A DNA stretch of 64,000 nucleotides from Adineta vaga. Its lineage: Eukaryota; Animalia; Rotifera. How positions within the stretch are numbered: position 1 is the first letter of the stretch; each line of letters begins with the position of its first letter. The stretch spans positions 682,001-746,000 of the forward strand of contig CP075497.1 of NCBI GenBank assembly GCA_021613535.1. The letters are read 5' to 3'. A program made the position numbers and the translations under genes. Below, piece by piece: positions 10,181 to 22,869 of this stretch. The notes beneath the pieces were generated by a model. It saw only the letters and a list, made by a program, of their open reading frames with translations. It was not told where the DNA came from and did not search any database.

Positions 10181-11338
10181 ATGTCACATTATCAGCAACA
10201 TGGTTTCATTGAATCTTCCACCATATCATCATCACCTTATTCACAACAACAATCATTGTCGTCGAATGTTGTTCATCGATTCTCCAATTTATCTCTCTCA
10301 TCCGTCGATTCTCATCATCCATCCATGTTTCCTCCACATCCTTTGGAGCGAAACAGTCATCTTCAACATAATCACTGTCATTCACCTGATATTCCTCTTC
10401 ATCGACTTTCTCTTAATCATCCTCATCACCCGTCTCCATCTACATCTGATGACTCACGTTCCTCCTATCTATTACTATCGGATAGCCATGGTCGTTATTT
10501 TCCTCCTATATTTGAAACACCTGAATACTTGATCACCACTTATTCCATTTCTGGATTATCCTGGTCAAATTCACATAATCCATCTTTATGTGCTTATTCT
10601 ATGCTTTCATCTTCCTCCTTCTCGTTGCGTTTATCGACATTTTCTCGTCTGTTATTCCTTATCGGGTCCAATTCCATCAGAAGCACCAATGCTTCCATCA
10701 TTATGAACCACATCGAACATCTAATAGACTTCTTACGTATCACTTATCCTCATCTATCTCATCCTACCGCAATCGGTATAATTTATACCTTTCCTTGTTA
10801 TAAAACGTCGGATTTTTTCCCCACGATCTCTTCACTACATTTGAATCTCAATGACTATAATTCTCTCTTACGAAATTTAGCTTTGAAGAAACACTTTCTT
10901 GTTCTGGATCTCTCTATTACTCCCGCACACATAAATCGAGATGGTCTTCATCTTCATCCGATACATTCTTCTACGATCTGGTCCTCGATCGTAAATTATT
11001 TCGCCTCTTCTGTTCGTGCACCTGCTCCTTCCTCACGTACACATGTACGTTCTTCCATGGCGATTCTGATGCGTAATCGTAAACGACATGCCAAACTCAG
11101 TTTACGTCAACAACAATTCGTTGTCATACGATCGATTGATCCTCTTTGGCGTCTGTCCGACGTGAAGGATTACCTTCATCATCAACAAATTATGTTTGCC
11201 AATATTGCCAACATTCGCAATCAACAAGTAACAATCCGCTTCAACAATCTTTCTCGACAAAAACATGCTGAACAAACTTTATTTCCACATGTTTTTGAAG
11301 CTGCGCATTATTATTGTTGGAAGGGTCAAGTTCATTGA
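10181..11338 (+). CDS. ORF3: SGNH/GDSL-type esterase domain with a His/Ser-rich N-terminus and a basic/RRM-like C-terminus
   Basis: SGNH blocks: LLLSDSHG (I), SISGL (II), LIGSNSI (III), RDGLHL (V); occupies the env position. Confidence 0.8.
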   Translation: MSHYQQHGFIESSTISSSPYSQQQSLSSNVVHRFSNLSLSSVDSHHPSMFPPHPLERNSHLQHNHCHSPDIPLHRLSLNHPHHPSPSTSDDSRSSYLLLSDSHGRYFPPIFETPEYLITTYSISGLSWSNSHNPSLCAYSMLSSSSFSLRLSTFSRLLFLIGSNSIRSTNASIIMNHIEHLIDFLRITYPHLSHPTAIGIIYTFPCYKTSDFFPTISSLHLNLNDYNSLLRNLALKKHFLVLDLSITPAHINRDGLHLHPIHSSTIWSSIVNYFASSVRAPAPSSRTHVRSSMAILMRNRKRHAKLSLRQQQFVVIRSIDPLWRLSDVKDYLHHQQIMFANIANIRNQQVTIRFNNLSRQKHAEQTLFPHVFEAAHYYCWKGQVH

Positions 11339-11541
11339 CCATTCCTTTTTTCATTCTTTTTGTTTGTTATATTTGTTTGATTTTCCACCTTTTCCATAGA
11401 TTTGGGTTACGCGTTTCCTGTATGTTTCACTTGTTATCGTTTGATATAGATGTTTCGCTTTTCTTTCTTCCGGGATTGAGTTGTTCGGTTGGCTCACTTA
11501 TATAGAGGGGGGGGGGCAAACGTTCGTTCATTCAGTCTCTC

Positions 11542-11553
11542 GGAGAGGGGAGG
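11542..11553 (+). promoter_or_regulatory. Polypurine tract
   Basis: ggagaggggagg directly abuts the TG of the 3' LTR. Confidence 0.85.
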
Positions 11554-12058
11554 TGTTAGCGTCATTGGATATTACTTCATGACGCTACCTTCTACATAGT
11601 TGTTTTCTTTCATTTCTATACATATATATACACATATATATGTATATCTTCTTTCTCTTTCTTTCCTGTCGTCTTTTGGTTTTCGTTGATTATCATGTCC
11701 GTTCTCATGATGATTTCTGTGATTGTATTTCTTCTTTGTTTTCTCCTCTTTTCTATTTTTTCTCAGATCATCTCTGATCTATATTTATATTATTGTTTTT
11801 CTTTTTCTCCAGTCAGTCTTTTGTTATCATTTTCTTTAGTGTTTTATTCGATTTCATCCAATAAAACACCGTTATCATCTTTCCTCATCTCATCCACATC
11901 CATTTTCTTCATCTCCTCATCCATTCCAGTCATCTCCGGTAGGATTTTTGACGTGATTCTTGATTTCACATCAGATCATACGTTCATATAGTTGTTCAGC
12001 TTACGATATATTCGTTAGCTGGAGATTTATCTTCATCCCCTGATATAAGAGACTCACA
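11554..12058 (+). repeat. 3' LTR (505 bp)
   Basis: Direct repeat of the 5' LTR, followed by the TTTTT TSD. Confidence 0.95.
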
Positions 12059-12639
12059 TTTTTGAAAAACTATGATAAAGAGCAAGATTTTAAGGTCGAA
12101 AGAGGTTAAAATTCCACTTTTCAGTAACGAAACCTCGAAATTTTCCTGAAAATCCTTAAAAAATCCTCTGAAACCTCAAGAAGCTCTTTAGCAATCCCGA
12201 AAAACTCTATTTCTTTTAAAAACACAAAAAATCATTGGACATGATAGAAGCTCACCACCCGAACCTTGAAGCACGAGATATATTTGAAGTCCATGGGGGC
12301 TACACTTTTAGGGGGGGGGGGAGAGAAGCTTTAGGAGATGATTCATATTTTGCGGGAGATGCAGCGTCTCCCACCGGATGTGCATCTGACGGTCTAGTCC
12401 CAGGTCAAAATGGTGAAAACTCTTTTCATCTCCTAGAGACGGGTGATGGAGATGATGCATCTCCTACTTGATACGCATCTCTCGCATCTTCAAAGGCATC
12501 TCCAGCATCCTCGATCTGCAGGATATGTGACACGATTCTTCCTGGAATGAGGGGGGGGGGCAGCCAAAGAAAGTGGACAATTGTCTAATATTGTCGGAGC
12601 GCCCTTCCCGTAAATGCACCACCATCTGCCGGTCACAGT

Positions 12640-12850
12640 TAGGGATGCCACATTACCATTACTTATTACTTTTGTTACTTTCATGCGACTTTTTTCGAAT
12701 GGTTTAGGATATCAGACGCAGGTGTCGCTGTAGACTACAACTGATGACTTACCTACCTCGTAGACTATTCCAAACCCGTAAAAAACCTAAAAATGCCAGA
12801 TGAAGAGTAAATTAATAAAAGTAATAGGTAATAGTAATGTAGCACCCCTA
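12640..12850. mobile_element. hAT-type MITE (211 bp)
   Basis: TIRs tagggatgccacattaccattacttattactttt / aaaagtaataggtaatagtaatgtagcaccccta; 8-bp TSD gtcacagt on both sides. Confidence 0.9.
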
Positions 12851-13477
12851 GTCACAGTCAGTGATGAAGCCACAAAATCCACCAGTTAATAACAGCCAGT
12901 TAAATAGTTAGTCAATTGTCTAATTATATGTCTGTTACGGTCAACTACGGAGAATAGAGGTAAGACGGTGTCTCTAAAATTCTACTCTTAAAAACTGCAA
13001 CACTCTCTTTCAGATCCTGCTTCACAAAACGAGTCAGCGACATTTGAGATCTCGTCCCCGTTTGCTTGCTACTTAAAGAATACTAAGAAAAAATCCGTTA
13101 TCTTATCTCTATGCAAAGAATTTTGCTATTTTATATGCTATTGAAACATAGTAAAAGTAAATGTGTCCAACGACACCCGAAAGAAGGCGCCAACAGATGC
13201 ATACACTTATCCATTCATTTCTAGATTTTGCGGCGTCAAACGATTTTCGCGTTTCACCATGATTCCACCCTGCAACTTAAGGGGAGGGATACTCTCCTCT
13301 AAGCATGCCCTCATAGTTTGTCAGTTTGTAGAGGCAGCCCTCAAGGGTAAGGGTATCACAATATCTCGTGGGTTCTGTTACTCTATGTGGAGGAAGAGTC
13401 TATGAAAAACTCCGAAAAAACCGATTTTTTATTCATATTGGGCTGAGTGCTAAAAGTACCTCTGGTCGAGTCACGCT

Positions 13478-14205
13478 TTTTGTGTACTCAAAAAGTGAGT
13501 ACACTACTAAAATCGGTCAGTGTGTCCGTCCGTCCGTCCGTCCGTTTATCCGATAACTATCGAAAGGACAGTCCGATTGAGCTGAAATTTTCCACACAGT
13601 GTAGCCTCATTAATATCTCAGTCGAGTTCGAAGATGAGCCCAATTGGTCAAGAATTGCTTGAGTCCTCATAAAAATACTGAAAACTGGCCAGGCCATCCT
13701 CGAGGAGGAGTACAGGGATTTTTTGCCAAAGTTTTTTTCCGTCATTTTCACGGGATATATCAGTCTGTTGGGCTTCATGTGCATTACCCTCGTGTCCTGC
13801 GAGTGAACGTGGGTGATATAAGTGATCTGGGTGAAAGTTCACCCAGATGGTTTTATGATCGGTAAAGTCTTCAAACATTGTATGGTGGTTTCCTAGGCGC
13901 GAAATAGCATCCAGAACACGTCTGAACATGAGGAAGGAGTGTGGATGACGATGAGGACTAGGTTAACCTGGGCGAAGTGTCAGTCAAGATGTTCCACGTA
14001 AATAATGTCACCATAGTTTCTCAGGTGATTTCCTCGGTCTACAGAAACGTCCATAAACTGTTGGCACAATAGTGAAGATAAGAAGTTGACCTATTTAAAG
14101 TTTTATGGTAACAGACAAGATGAAAATAAGTGGTATTTGCATAAGGCAGGTAATTTATTTCATATGATGAAAACTGAGTGCACTGGTTGAACAGTTCAGT
14201 ACGTC
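13478..14205 (+). mobile_element. DINE-1/Helentron-like non-autonomous element (HINE)
   Basis: T-run, then the stem gtgtactca/tgagtacac, a (GTCC)n microsatellite at ~13523-13545, and a 3' copy tgagtgcac (14175) followed by a short hairpin. The 3' boundary is uncertain. Confidence 0.55.
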
Positions 14206-14774
14206 TGCTCATCCGTTCATAGACACGATAATTCCTAAAGTATTGGTACAGTTCTGATGAACTTTTTTACAGAGTATCGCGACAATGATAGCTCACTTGA
14301 GTTTGAAGAAGCGCCTGATCAGCCGAATGGTTTGTGAGTTATTAGAAATAGTGGTATTTCGGTGTGACTTTATTATGTCTTCTATCTGATATACTTTTTG
14401 CAGTACACATAACATTCGGATAAAATCCGAAGTTTCCGCATTTATTTTCTTTAATTTCAACAAAAATAAATCACTTTTTTTCAAAATGTGTGAATAGAAT
14501 ATATCTCTTCTTTAACTTATTTCATTTTGCATAAACAATAATTGCATGAGATATTAAAAGTAGAAAAATTAAAATTTTTCTTAGATCTATAAGATATGAT
14601 CAATGTATTAGAAGAAAATTAAAGTCTTTCTTTATGTTTTTTTTATTAAATTTTATTTTGATACTTGAAATATTGATTTTGTATAGAAATCAAATAACTG
14701 ACGAAGAAACAATCGAAATAAATATTTGAAAAATTAGATTTTGAAAAATAAAAAGAAGAAAGTTTATTTCAACG

Positions 14775-17700
14775 ACGTAGGATATCTTGGTATAGGATTC
14801 GAGTTTTTCTGTCTACGATTCGGCTAACGACTGGTTCCAACTCTGATCTCAATGGTTCTAGATAGATCTCGAGCTGCTCTATCGATTGCACATATTATTT
14901 TCCCTCAAAACCCTCTAGAAATCCTCGAAAATCCCAAGTTACTACCAGAAACCGACCAAGAAGTACTAAAATCCCGTATTTTTCTCGGAAATCCGCTTCC
15001 AAGCCACTTCCAAAACTAACATCGACGGTTCCAGATAGAGCTCGTTGAGCTCTACCGATTTCACATCTCATTCATCAATTTTGATAGATTCATCACCGAG
15101 AAAAGTACTAATTTATAACAACAGGCTATAGTCACCTATAGCAACGTCACTTATTGGCTAATTCAATTCAACCAATGAAAAATTAAGAAAAAAAAGATGT
15201 CATTTATGAATGAAATTTCTGAAAAATAACTTTTTTTGAAATAAATAGTTTTTCTTTAAACTAAATAATTCCCTTTTTTAAAATAAATGTTTTTTTAAAA
15301 TAAATATGTTTAACGATATTCAGAGATAATATTTTAGGAATTATTTTTCGGAATAACTCAAAAATTCAACTCAAATTATTTTTGAATGTTTTATTCCTCG
15401 CTTTTATAATAAAAGCACATCGGAAGAATGAAAGTATTTGTGGAATTGATAACTTGTCATAAAGGATGGTTGTTTTTGGAATTTGTGTATTTATATTGTT
15501 ATTTTGACATCTTATCTTTATTGCTTTGATGAGATGCTTTTTATGCAGCTTTGGACATTCGTTGTCCGAGGTACACACACATAGAGAAGATAGTTTTTTT
15601 TTATCTGTTAATTGAAAAACATATAGAATTCATCCTAATGTATGTGAATAAAAGGGAGAGGATACTCCTTTCTGTTACATTTTGTGTTATGACAGATAGC
15701 GATCGTATCTGATTGATGATCAAAGCGATATTCCTAACTATTATCAATAATTAATTGAGATGGATAGGTGATTGTGCTCATTGTATTTTAATAAAGATAT
15801 AAGTTGGGAATGATCGTATCGAGATTATGATTGATGATGAAAAATTTCTGAATGATATAAATACCGAGAAAAAAAGTATTTCATATAAGTATATTCTCAG
15901 TTGATCAGCCAATACAAAGAATTTCATCGAATCATAATTTGAATTGCTAGTCTCATTTAATCAGGTAAAATTCATTCTTGATAAATTTTATATATTTGTT
16001 ATAGTAAAACAATGACTAAAGCAGAATCAGATGCAAACAACGAAAATATTTGGTCGATATTTACTGTTGAACAATTAGCAGTTGCTATTGCATCTCTTGG
16101 ATCACGTATTAATGAACTTAAAGATGAAACGTGGCGTCTAAATGATGTGACGAAATTATCCACTTCTCTTTGGTATGAAATTATCGAAAAATTAAAAGTT
16201 AATCATCCTAAAAAAGCAAAAATCAATCATACTGAACAATTGCGGCATTCTTTGTATAATGTCTGGAAATTGAAACGTCACGATATTAGGCCACTTCTTA
16301 ACAACAAACTAAAACCACAAGATAGAATTATAAATATAAACGGAGAAGGTAATGATATCAATGGAGCAAAGAAAAAATGTAATAAAAAAAAGACAATTCA
16401 AACCTACACTGCGTTACATCAGAACCACTCCCTGAACATCCAAAGACGCGTTTTCATAAAGAAGCAAAGGACAATGATAACCTTGTCGATGGTTCAGATG
16501 TTACTGAAACATCGTTTGTCTTAACTGCCAGCGAATGGAAAGCTGCATTTAGTTATACACAAACCAAGGTGAATGATGACTGGACCGAAATATTCGACGA
16601 TAAAATGAAAAAAAACATGTGGCATTACATGTGCGTTACGCTTCGGAAATAAACATATCAAAGAAGGCGAAAGAAAACATTCGTGCAGCTATTTCTGGTT
16701 TTGTGCTGCTTGTACTAATCCTAATTGTACAAGATCATATCGGGCTATATTTCAAGATGAAACAGACATGAGTGCATCGCCATTATTTCGTTTACGAATC
16801 TTTGGTGAAGAAAATCATGATCCTGCTGTTGTAATTATGTCACGTCAACTCAAGGGAAAAGAACGTCTTCGTGTTGGTATGACACATTAATATTCATTTT
16901 TAAAATATCCACTATTTTGAAATATTCAATTTAGGAAAACGCGCAAATGAAATTGGTCCTTTGGCAGTATTTCATGAACGTTTAGAAGCTGCCGACGAAA
17001 AATTGCTCGAAGCTGGAAATTTTACTGAATGTGAAACAATTGAAATACACAAAAAGGCAGCGCTTGATTATCGCGTAGAATTTGCGATAGACGAATATGT
17101 TTATCGAGAGTGTTGTATTCTCTCTTTTTCTTGTCGTTCAGGTGATATAACACCGACCACAGCTAGAGGTAAGTGAACCATATTAACGAAAAAAAAGAAG
17201 ACATTAATTCACCTTTCACTTATTGTTGAAGGTTCTGTTCAAGTTGTATGCGAGATTCCATATCGTGTACACTCGTTTTCGGAACCACAAATTGAACGTT
17301 GTATTAAATATTGTGAGAGATAAAGATATTCCTTTGTTCATACAGATGCTACTCGTGGCTTAATGCTAAAATTAAAAGATCAAGGTCCACTACTACTTTG
17401 TGCAATCATTTTCAAGGATGGATCAGATCCTATTAATAATATTTGACTCCCACCCACAATTCTTACAGACAATACCGTTCCTAGTATTGGATATTTTTTA
17501 GGAAATGTCGCTCATTGTATTACTGATTATAAGAAAAAATTAGTTCTTCCAACTTTTTTGTTATTGATTTCTGTGCCGCTCTTGTGAATTCATTTCTTAT
17601 GGCATTCAATCGAGAAAATATTGTTACTGATTTAAATCGATGCTGGAATGTTACATCATAGAAATACAGTAATATAGGAGTACGATCGTTACCATATATA

Positions 17701-18772
17701 TATATCTGTGAGACGTGACCGGATTATAAAAATCTGGAATTATCTGAATTATCTAACTCAAATATATAACTTTGCCACTGTATTTTCTGTATGAAATGGG
17801 TTTCAGAATTACCAGAACTATCGAAATTATTGGAATTATTGGAACTATCTAGCGTGTTGGTAAGGGTGTGGGTGACAATAAGCAACGAAACCCACATCCT
17901 CATCCATCCTCACCCTAACTCTGATAGTTCCGATGGTTCCGATAACTCTAATAATTCTAGTAGTTCTGATAACTCCAGAATTTCAAAATAGGGCCACTGC
18001 TGATATTTATATTGTTGTCATGCTATTCATGCTATAGCAGGAAACTTAACCCAAGAATAAATAGATGAAAAAATAATTTACAAAATATCATCTCTGAATA
18101 TCATTAAAACTATTTATTTCAAAAAAAGTTATTTTTCAGAGATTTCATTCATAAATATCATCTGAAATTAAAATAAAATCTTTTTTATCTCAAAAATAAA
18201 AAATTTAATATATTCCGCCATAAATTACATTTTTATTATTTATTGGTTAAAATAACACAGCCAATCAGATTTTAGCTAGCTAACATCATCTCATATGCCT
18301 GACTCATCGATACAACAAATATATCTTTGATTTATGAAAAAAACTGACATCTTTTTTTTCTTAATTTTTCATTGGTTGAATTGAATTAGCCAATAAGTGA
18401 CGTTGCTATAGGTGACTATAGCCTGTTGTTATAAATTAGTACTTTTCTCGGTGATGAATCTATCAAAATTGATGAATGAGATGTGAAATCGGTAGAGCTC
18501 AACGAGCTCTATCTGGAACCGTCGATGTTAGTTTTGGAAGTGGCTTGGAAGCGGATTTCCGAGAAAAATACGGGATTTTAGTACTTCTTGGTCGGTTTCT
18601 GGTAGTAACTTGGGATTTTCGAGGATTTCTAGAGGGTTTTGAGGGAAAATAATATGTGCAATCGATAGAGCAGCTCGAGATCTATCTAGAACCATTGAGA
18701 TCAGAGTTGGAACCAGTCGTTAGCCGAATCGTAGACAGAAAAACTCGAATCCTATACCAAGATATCCTACGT
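14775..18772 (+). mobile_element. Long-TIR DNA transposon (MULE/NOF-like) with a decayed transposase
   Basis: 14775-15202 is the apparently exact reverse complement of 18345-18772; a further IR pairs 15203-15252 with ~18105-18155; TSD ambiguous (TA or ACGT). Confidence 0.85.
16012..18050 (+). pseudogene. Frameshifted, intron-containing MULE/NOF-like transposase
   Basis: Fragments include CAACTNPNC...H (zinc finger), FVHTDAT, VIDFCAALVNSF and CCHAIHAI (CxxH-like), with stops, frameshifts and an insertion at ~17705-17998. Family assignment is from motif recall. Confidence 0.6.
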
Positions 18773-18973
18773 ATTGTCAAGATGATAAGAGCAGGTATCC
18801 TTAAAACAGCTTGTAATACGTTCAACAGTGCATAAGGAGGGCCTATAATATCTTTCTCTCCATCTTTCGTGAGAATAGTTCATCGAAAAGAATACCACAA
18901 ATCCAATGCCGAAAGCCAGACACATTAAGAAGTAGCAAGAACCGCCCAAATAATGAGAATCGCATTTACCCAT
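18773..18973 (-). CDS. First exon of a TM protein gene interrupted by the long-TIR element
   Basis: MGKCDSHYLGGSCYFLMCLAFGIGFVVFFSM...RYYRPSLCTV ends at the TIR at an AC|GT junction. Confidence 0.4.
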
Positions 18974-19434
18974 GACAAAATGTACAGTTCTTTGTCTGAT
19001 CAAAGTTTTAAAAGTTGTTTCATGATAATTTATATTTATAGCCTTTTTTAAAGAAAGTAGATACTTAATGAGTCAGTTTATTTTACTTATGCGATATCAA
19101 GAATTTTTCTCTAATTTGCGCACATCTATTTTAGATACTTTTCAATTCTTATCATTATATCTATTCGTCGATCAAACAGAAATGACGGCAACGTTTTTGA
19201 AAAAGAAAAATGAGTAGTCTCTTGTTTTGTTTTATCAGGATGAAGAATGAAACAAAAATGAATATTTTTCATATCTTTTATAATTTCAATTAAGTATCTT
19301 ATTCGCAAGATCATTTATACTATTTATTGATGAAAGAAAAGATTACTAATATTACTTTTTGACATGATTTCATTTATACCTATAATTACTACTGAGCTGG
19401 ATGAGGATATGAGTAGCATATTTACATATCAATC

Positions 19435-20357
19435 TCAACCTAAATCTATTTCAGCATAATTAGGAGCAATTCGACGTACGGCTATAATTGAAAATGCCGT
19501 ATATGGACCAACAAGAACTTCTTTTTCATTTCGATATTCAGAAATAGTTTCGATATTTAATCCTGTACGATGATTAACAATTTCAAATGAACATAAAGTC
19601 GATAGTTTCACCAGATCACCATTTTTAGTTTTACGATCACTTGTTGTCGACATAAATACTTTATTCATTATTTTATTTCCTACAGTATATTCTTTTAAAT
19701 CCTCTTGAGCAACAGGCATACCATGATAAATATTGCCTTTAAACGCTAAAGATTCAAATGCTGGATGATTGTAGAAAAAAATCAATAAAATATGTTAATC
19801 CAAAATTTGTTCCTTGATCAAAATGTCTTGTCGCAAGGTCTTTATTTAATTTAACATAAAAAACTTGATTCAATTGTATAAGTTCGAAGAAGATAATATG
19901 GATCTTGTTGAACTTGATTGAGAAAAGTTGAAATACGTTCTTGTTCTGTATGTGGCATTTCATCTTTAATATATTTTAGATGATGTTGAATATTTTTCGA
20001 TATCCATTCCAAACCACTTTGACGATATCGATAATCTTTTGCTAATTGTTCAGCAGTTGCATCATATTTCATCCAATCAATATGACCAGAATCTTCGTCA
20101 GAAAAACGATTTGATCGACGAAGAAATAATTCTTTAATTTCATTACTTTTCGCTTCATCATATGGTAAACATTTGTAATTATTCGATATAGAACGACATG
20201 CACCTTTTTCTAATAATAATTTGACAATTTCTGTACGACCAATTTCTTCTAGACTCATATTTGGTAATTCTTGTCGAACAAAATCTATTAATCCATTTCG
20301 ACAAGCAGAATAAAATTCACTTATCGTTGATGATTTCGATGGAATAGAAGAAGACAT
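19435..20357 (-). pseudogene. Ankyrin + NAD:arginine ADP-ribosyltransferase (R-S-E type), frameshifted
   Basis: FYSACRNG...EIVKLLLEKGA (ankyrin); YTIES-F, YHG, FMSTT and EKEVL (ART motifs), spread over three frames with shifts at A-runs near 19860 and 19778. Confidence 0.75.
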
Positions 20358-20429
20358 TTCAATATAAATATATCTAAAAAGAAAAGAAAAAAAATTAATT
20401 TTCCTCTGAATGTATAATTTCATCAATTT

Positions 20430-22180
20430 CTTTGATTAAAAACATAAATGATTTATTAAAAGTTTTATTAGTAAATTGAATTGATATTTGTTTATCAAGA
20501 ATATGATTTAACCATCCTTTAATTGTATAAACACGATAATTTTTCTTAAATAAACGATCAGCTATTTTTAAACTGATAATTCTATCATTAACATTATTAC
20601 TATAACACATTAATAAATCAAAAGGAATAACATCATTCTATTGTTCAATTGTCATCGATGAATCAATATTAATTGAACATTCTTTCTCTTCTTGTTTTTT
20701 CTTTTGTTCATGATGAATCATTTTTTCATTTCCAAATCTCCTTATGATATTTTGAGCATTATTTTTCTTTCCTTGATTTATTAATTTAATATTCATTTTA
20801 AGAATTTGATCAATAAATCTATCATTAGATTTCAATGTTTTAATAACAATTGTACCATATACAGTTAATTTTCATACAATATCAATTGCTAAAGATTGAA
20901 TTTTTTCTAAAATTTCAACATCTGGTTTCATCAATTCCATAATTTGTTTAACAAGTGCAAGATTATATTTAAGAATTTTAATGTTTGACTATAATAAATT
21001 CGATTTTTTTCATATTTAAATGTTCAAGTTGATTAATTAATGATTTATTTTGTAAAATATCAATTAGATTTTCAATAATCGATCGATTAAGAAATTCTTC
21101 TCGAATTGATCTTTGCATAGCAAAATATTTCGTCTCAAATGAATAAATCAGAATGTATTCTTCTTTGTATAAGTGAATATTATTACGAGAATTCAATTTG
21201 TGAAAATGAAGCAAGATATGCTTTACAAACAGGTAAAACAATTTTCTTTTTAAAGATTCGAAATGATCCATTATTTGGTTTTGAACATCATTTTAATATA
21301 TTTATTATTGCAAATAGTAAGAATAATTCATTCTTTCATTGTAATATGTACTTTAATATTGTTTCTATAGTTACAATCTAAAAAATCGTCTGGACATCAG
21401 AAAGATGAAATACAACGTATGTTAACAGTAGAAGAACGACGAAAGAAGTATGATGAAAGAATTCAAATTCTCCTGCGAAAACGAATATTTCCTATCAAAA
21501 ATCGTTTCCTTGGATTGACAGATGGTTAAGAAAACCAACCAATTGTACAAAACAAAATCTACTACCGTTTTCACCGATAGGTGATATTAATGATGCGATA
21601 TTTCCAAGACCAGAATATATTCTTGAAGAACTCGGTTTAAATGATCAATCTCTACTATCAACTCAATCGTCTTCAATTAAAATTGGAAATATCTTTGAAT
21701 GTATTTATTATGAAACGACCAATCGAACAATTATCATTACATGTTAGATTAAATCAATTTCCTTTTGATGAAGATTATACATTTGGAATTCGTACAGAAA
21801 AAAGAGAAAACTTATTACAAATATTTTCCGAATCATCGTCTCGTATAAGCAATGATGTTAGAAATCAATCGCGTTTACCTTGTTTACCATTGGAAATTAT
21901 GATAGATCGTAAAGATCAAGTGTTCAAACGTCATGATGCGAATAATTACAAAAAGAGACAAACGTATAAACGTCCTACTCGCGAAGAGTTAAAAGTTTAC
22001 TTTAAAAAATTCGCTCAACAAATGAATGAAAATACTATTGAGTTTGAGAAATTTTGTACAACACCGACGAACTATGAAATAATCATTCACGATAATGCAA
22101 AAACTGTTTTTTTAACGTTTCTCTCACTTTTTCGTCGAAAGATCGTTAAAAAAATACGAAAAGAAACGAGATGTTTGTGA
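20430..22180. pseudogene. TIR-like-domain gene split by an internal inversion
   Basis: FDLLMCYS...SLKIADRLFKKNYRVY is on the minus strand (~20525-20625); its expected continuation MNKSECILLCISEYYYENSICENEARYA...IFFLK is on the plus strand from 21139. Confidence 0.6.
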
Positions 22181-22221
22181 CATACTTGTTGTTTTTCATT
22201 CATTTTCTTCGAAAAAAAGAA

Positions 22222-22677
22222 ATGAATATGACGAGCGATTCGAAATCAGGTATCGCTTTTTATGTCTTTCTTATAACTAATTTTATTCACTGTTCTCATT
22301 AGTTCATCACAATCAACCAAATAAACAAGATCACATTTTACATAGTTCACACGATGTTCAACATGATAATCCAACAGAAAATTGTAGTCCAGGTAAAGAT
22401 TTATCGACATGAACAAATTAGTCAACGAAAGTCATTTTTGTTTCTAGGACCAGCTGCATACAATATAGATTATACGACGAAAGCGGTGTATCCGTCATCG
22501 CCTCATTACTCACTCAGCTCTCGTTTAAGAGATCCCTGTAGCTACAGTCAAACGCCAGGTCCTGGCTCTTATTATGCAACTAGGCTCGAGCATTACAAAT
22601 CCCAGGCACCCATGTATAGTTTTGGCAAACGACATTCAATGAAGAAAGCTTTATGTATTGTCAAATACGAAGATTAG
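22222..22677 (+). CDS. ODF3/SHIPPO (PGP-x-x-Y repeat) family small protein, 3 exons
   Basis: PGPAAY and TPGPGSY repeats, APMYSFGKR; short GT-AG introns at ~22250-22302 and ~22393-22448. Confidence 0.7.
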
Positions 22678-22869
22678 GATGTAGGTGTGAGTGTGGGTAA
22701 AAGAGAGTTACCTTCACCGTCACCCACAGCCACACCATCAACGGTCGCATGTGAATCTTCTCTACACATTTTAATGACACTTTTATTTTATGAAGAGAAC
22801 ACACACGAATATGTTTTATAATATTAAAAGATCAATGACAACTAGATGTATTATAGTTTTTGTTCAGAA

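Larger units (their letters stand above)
3546..12058 (+). mobile_element. Full-length Ty3/Gypsy LTR retrotransposon with three ORFs
   Basis: TG...CA LTRs at 3546-4049 and 11554-12058 (about 3 substitutions and 1 indel by eye); TTTTT TSD; PBS; PPT; gag, pol (PR-RT-RH-IN order) and ORF3. Confidence 0.97.

Noticed and set aside
10181-11338. ORF3 as a retroviral env
   Set aside because: No signal peptide, fusion peptide or TM anchor; SGNH motifs are present instead.
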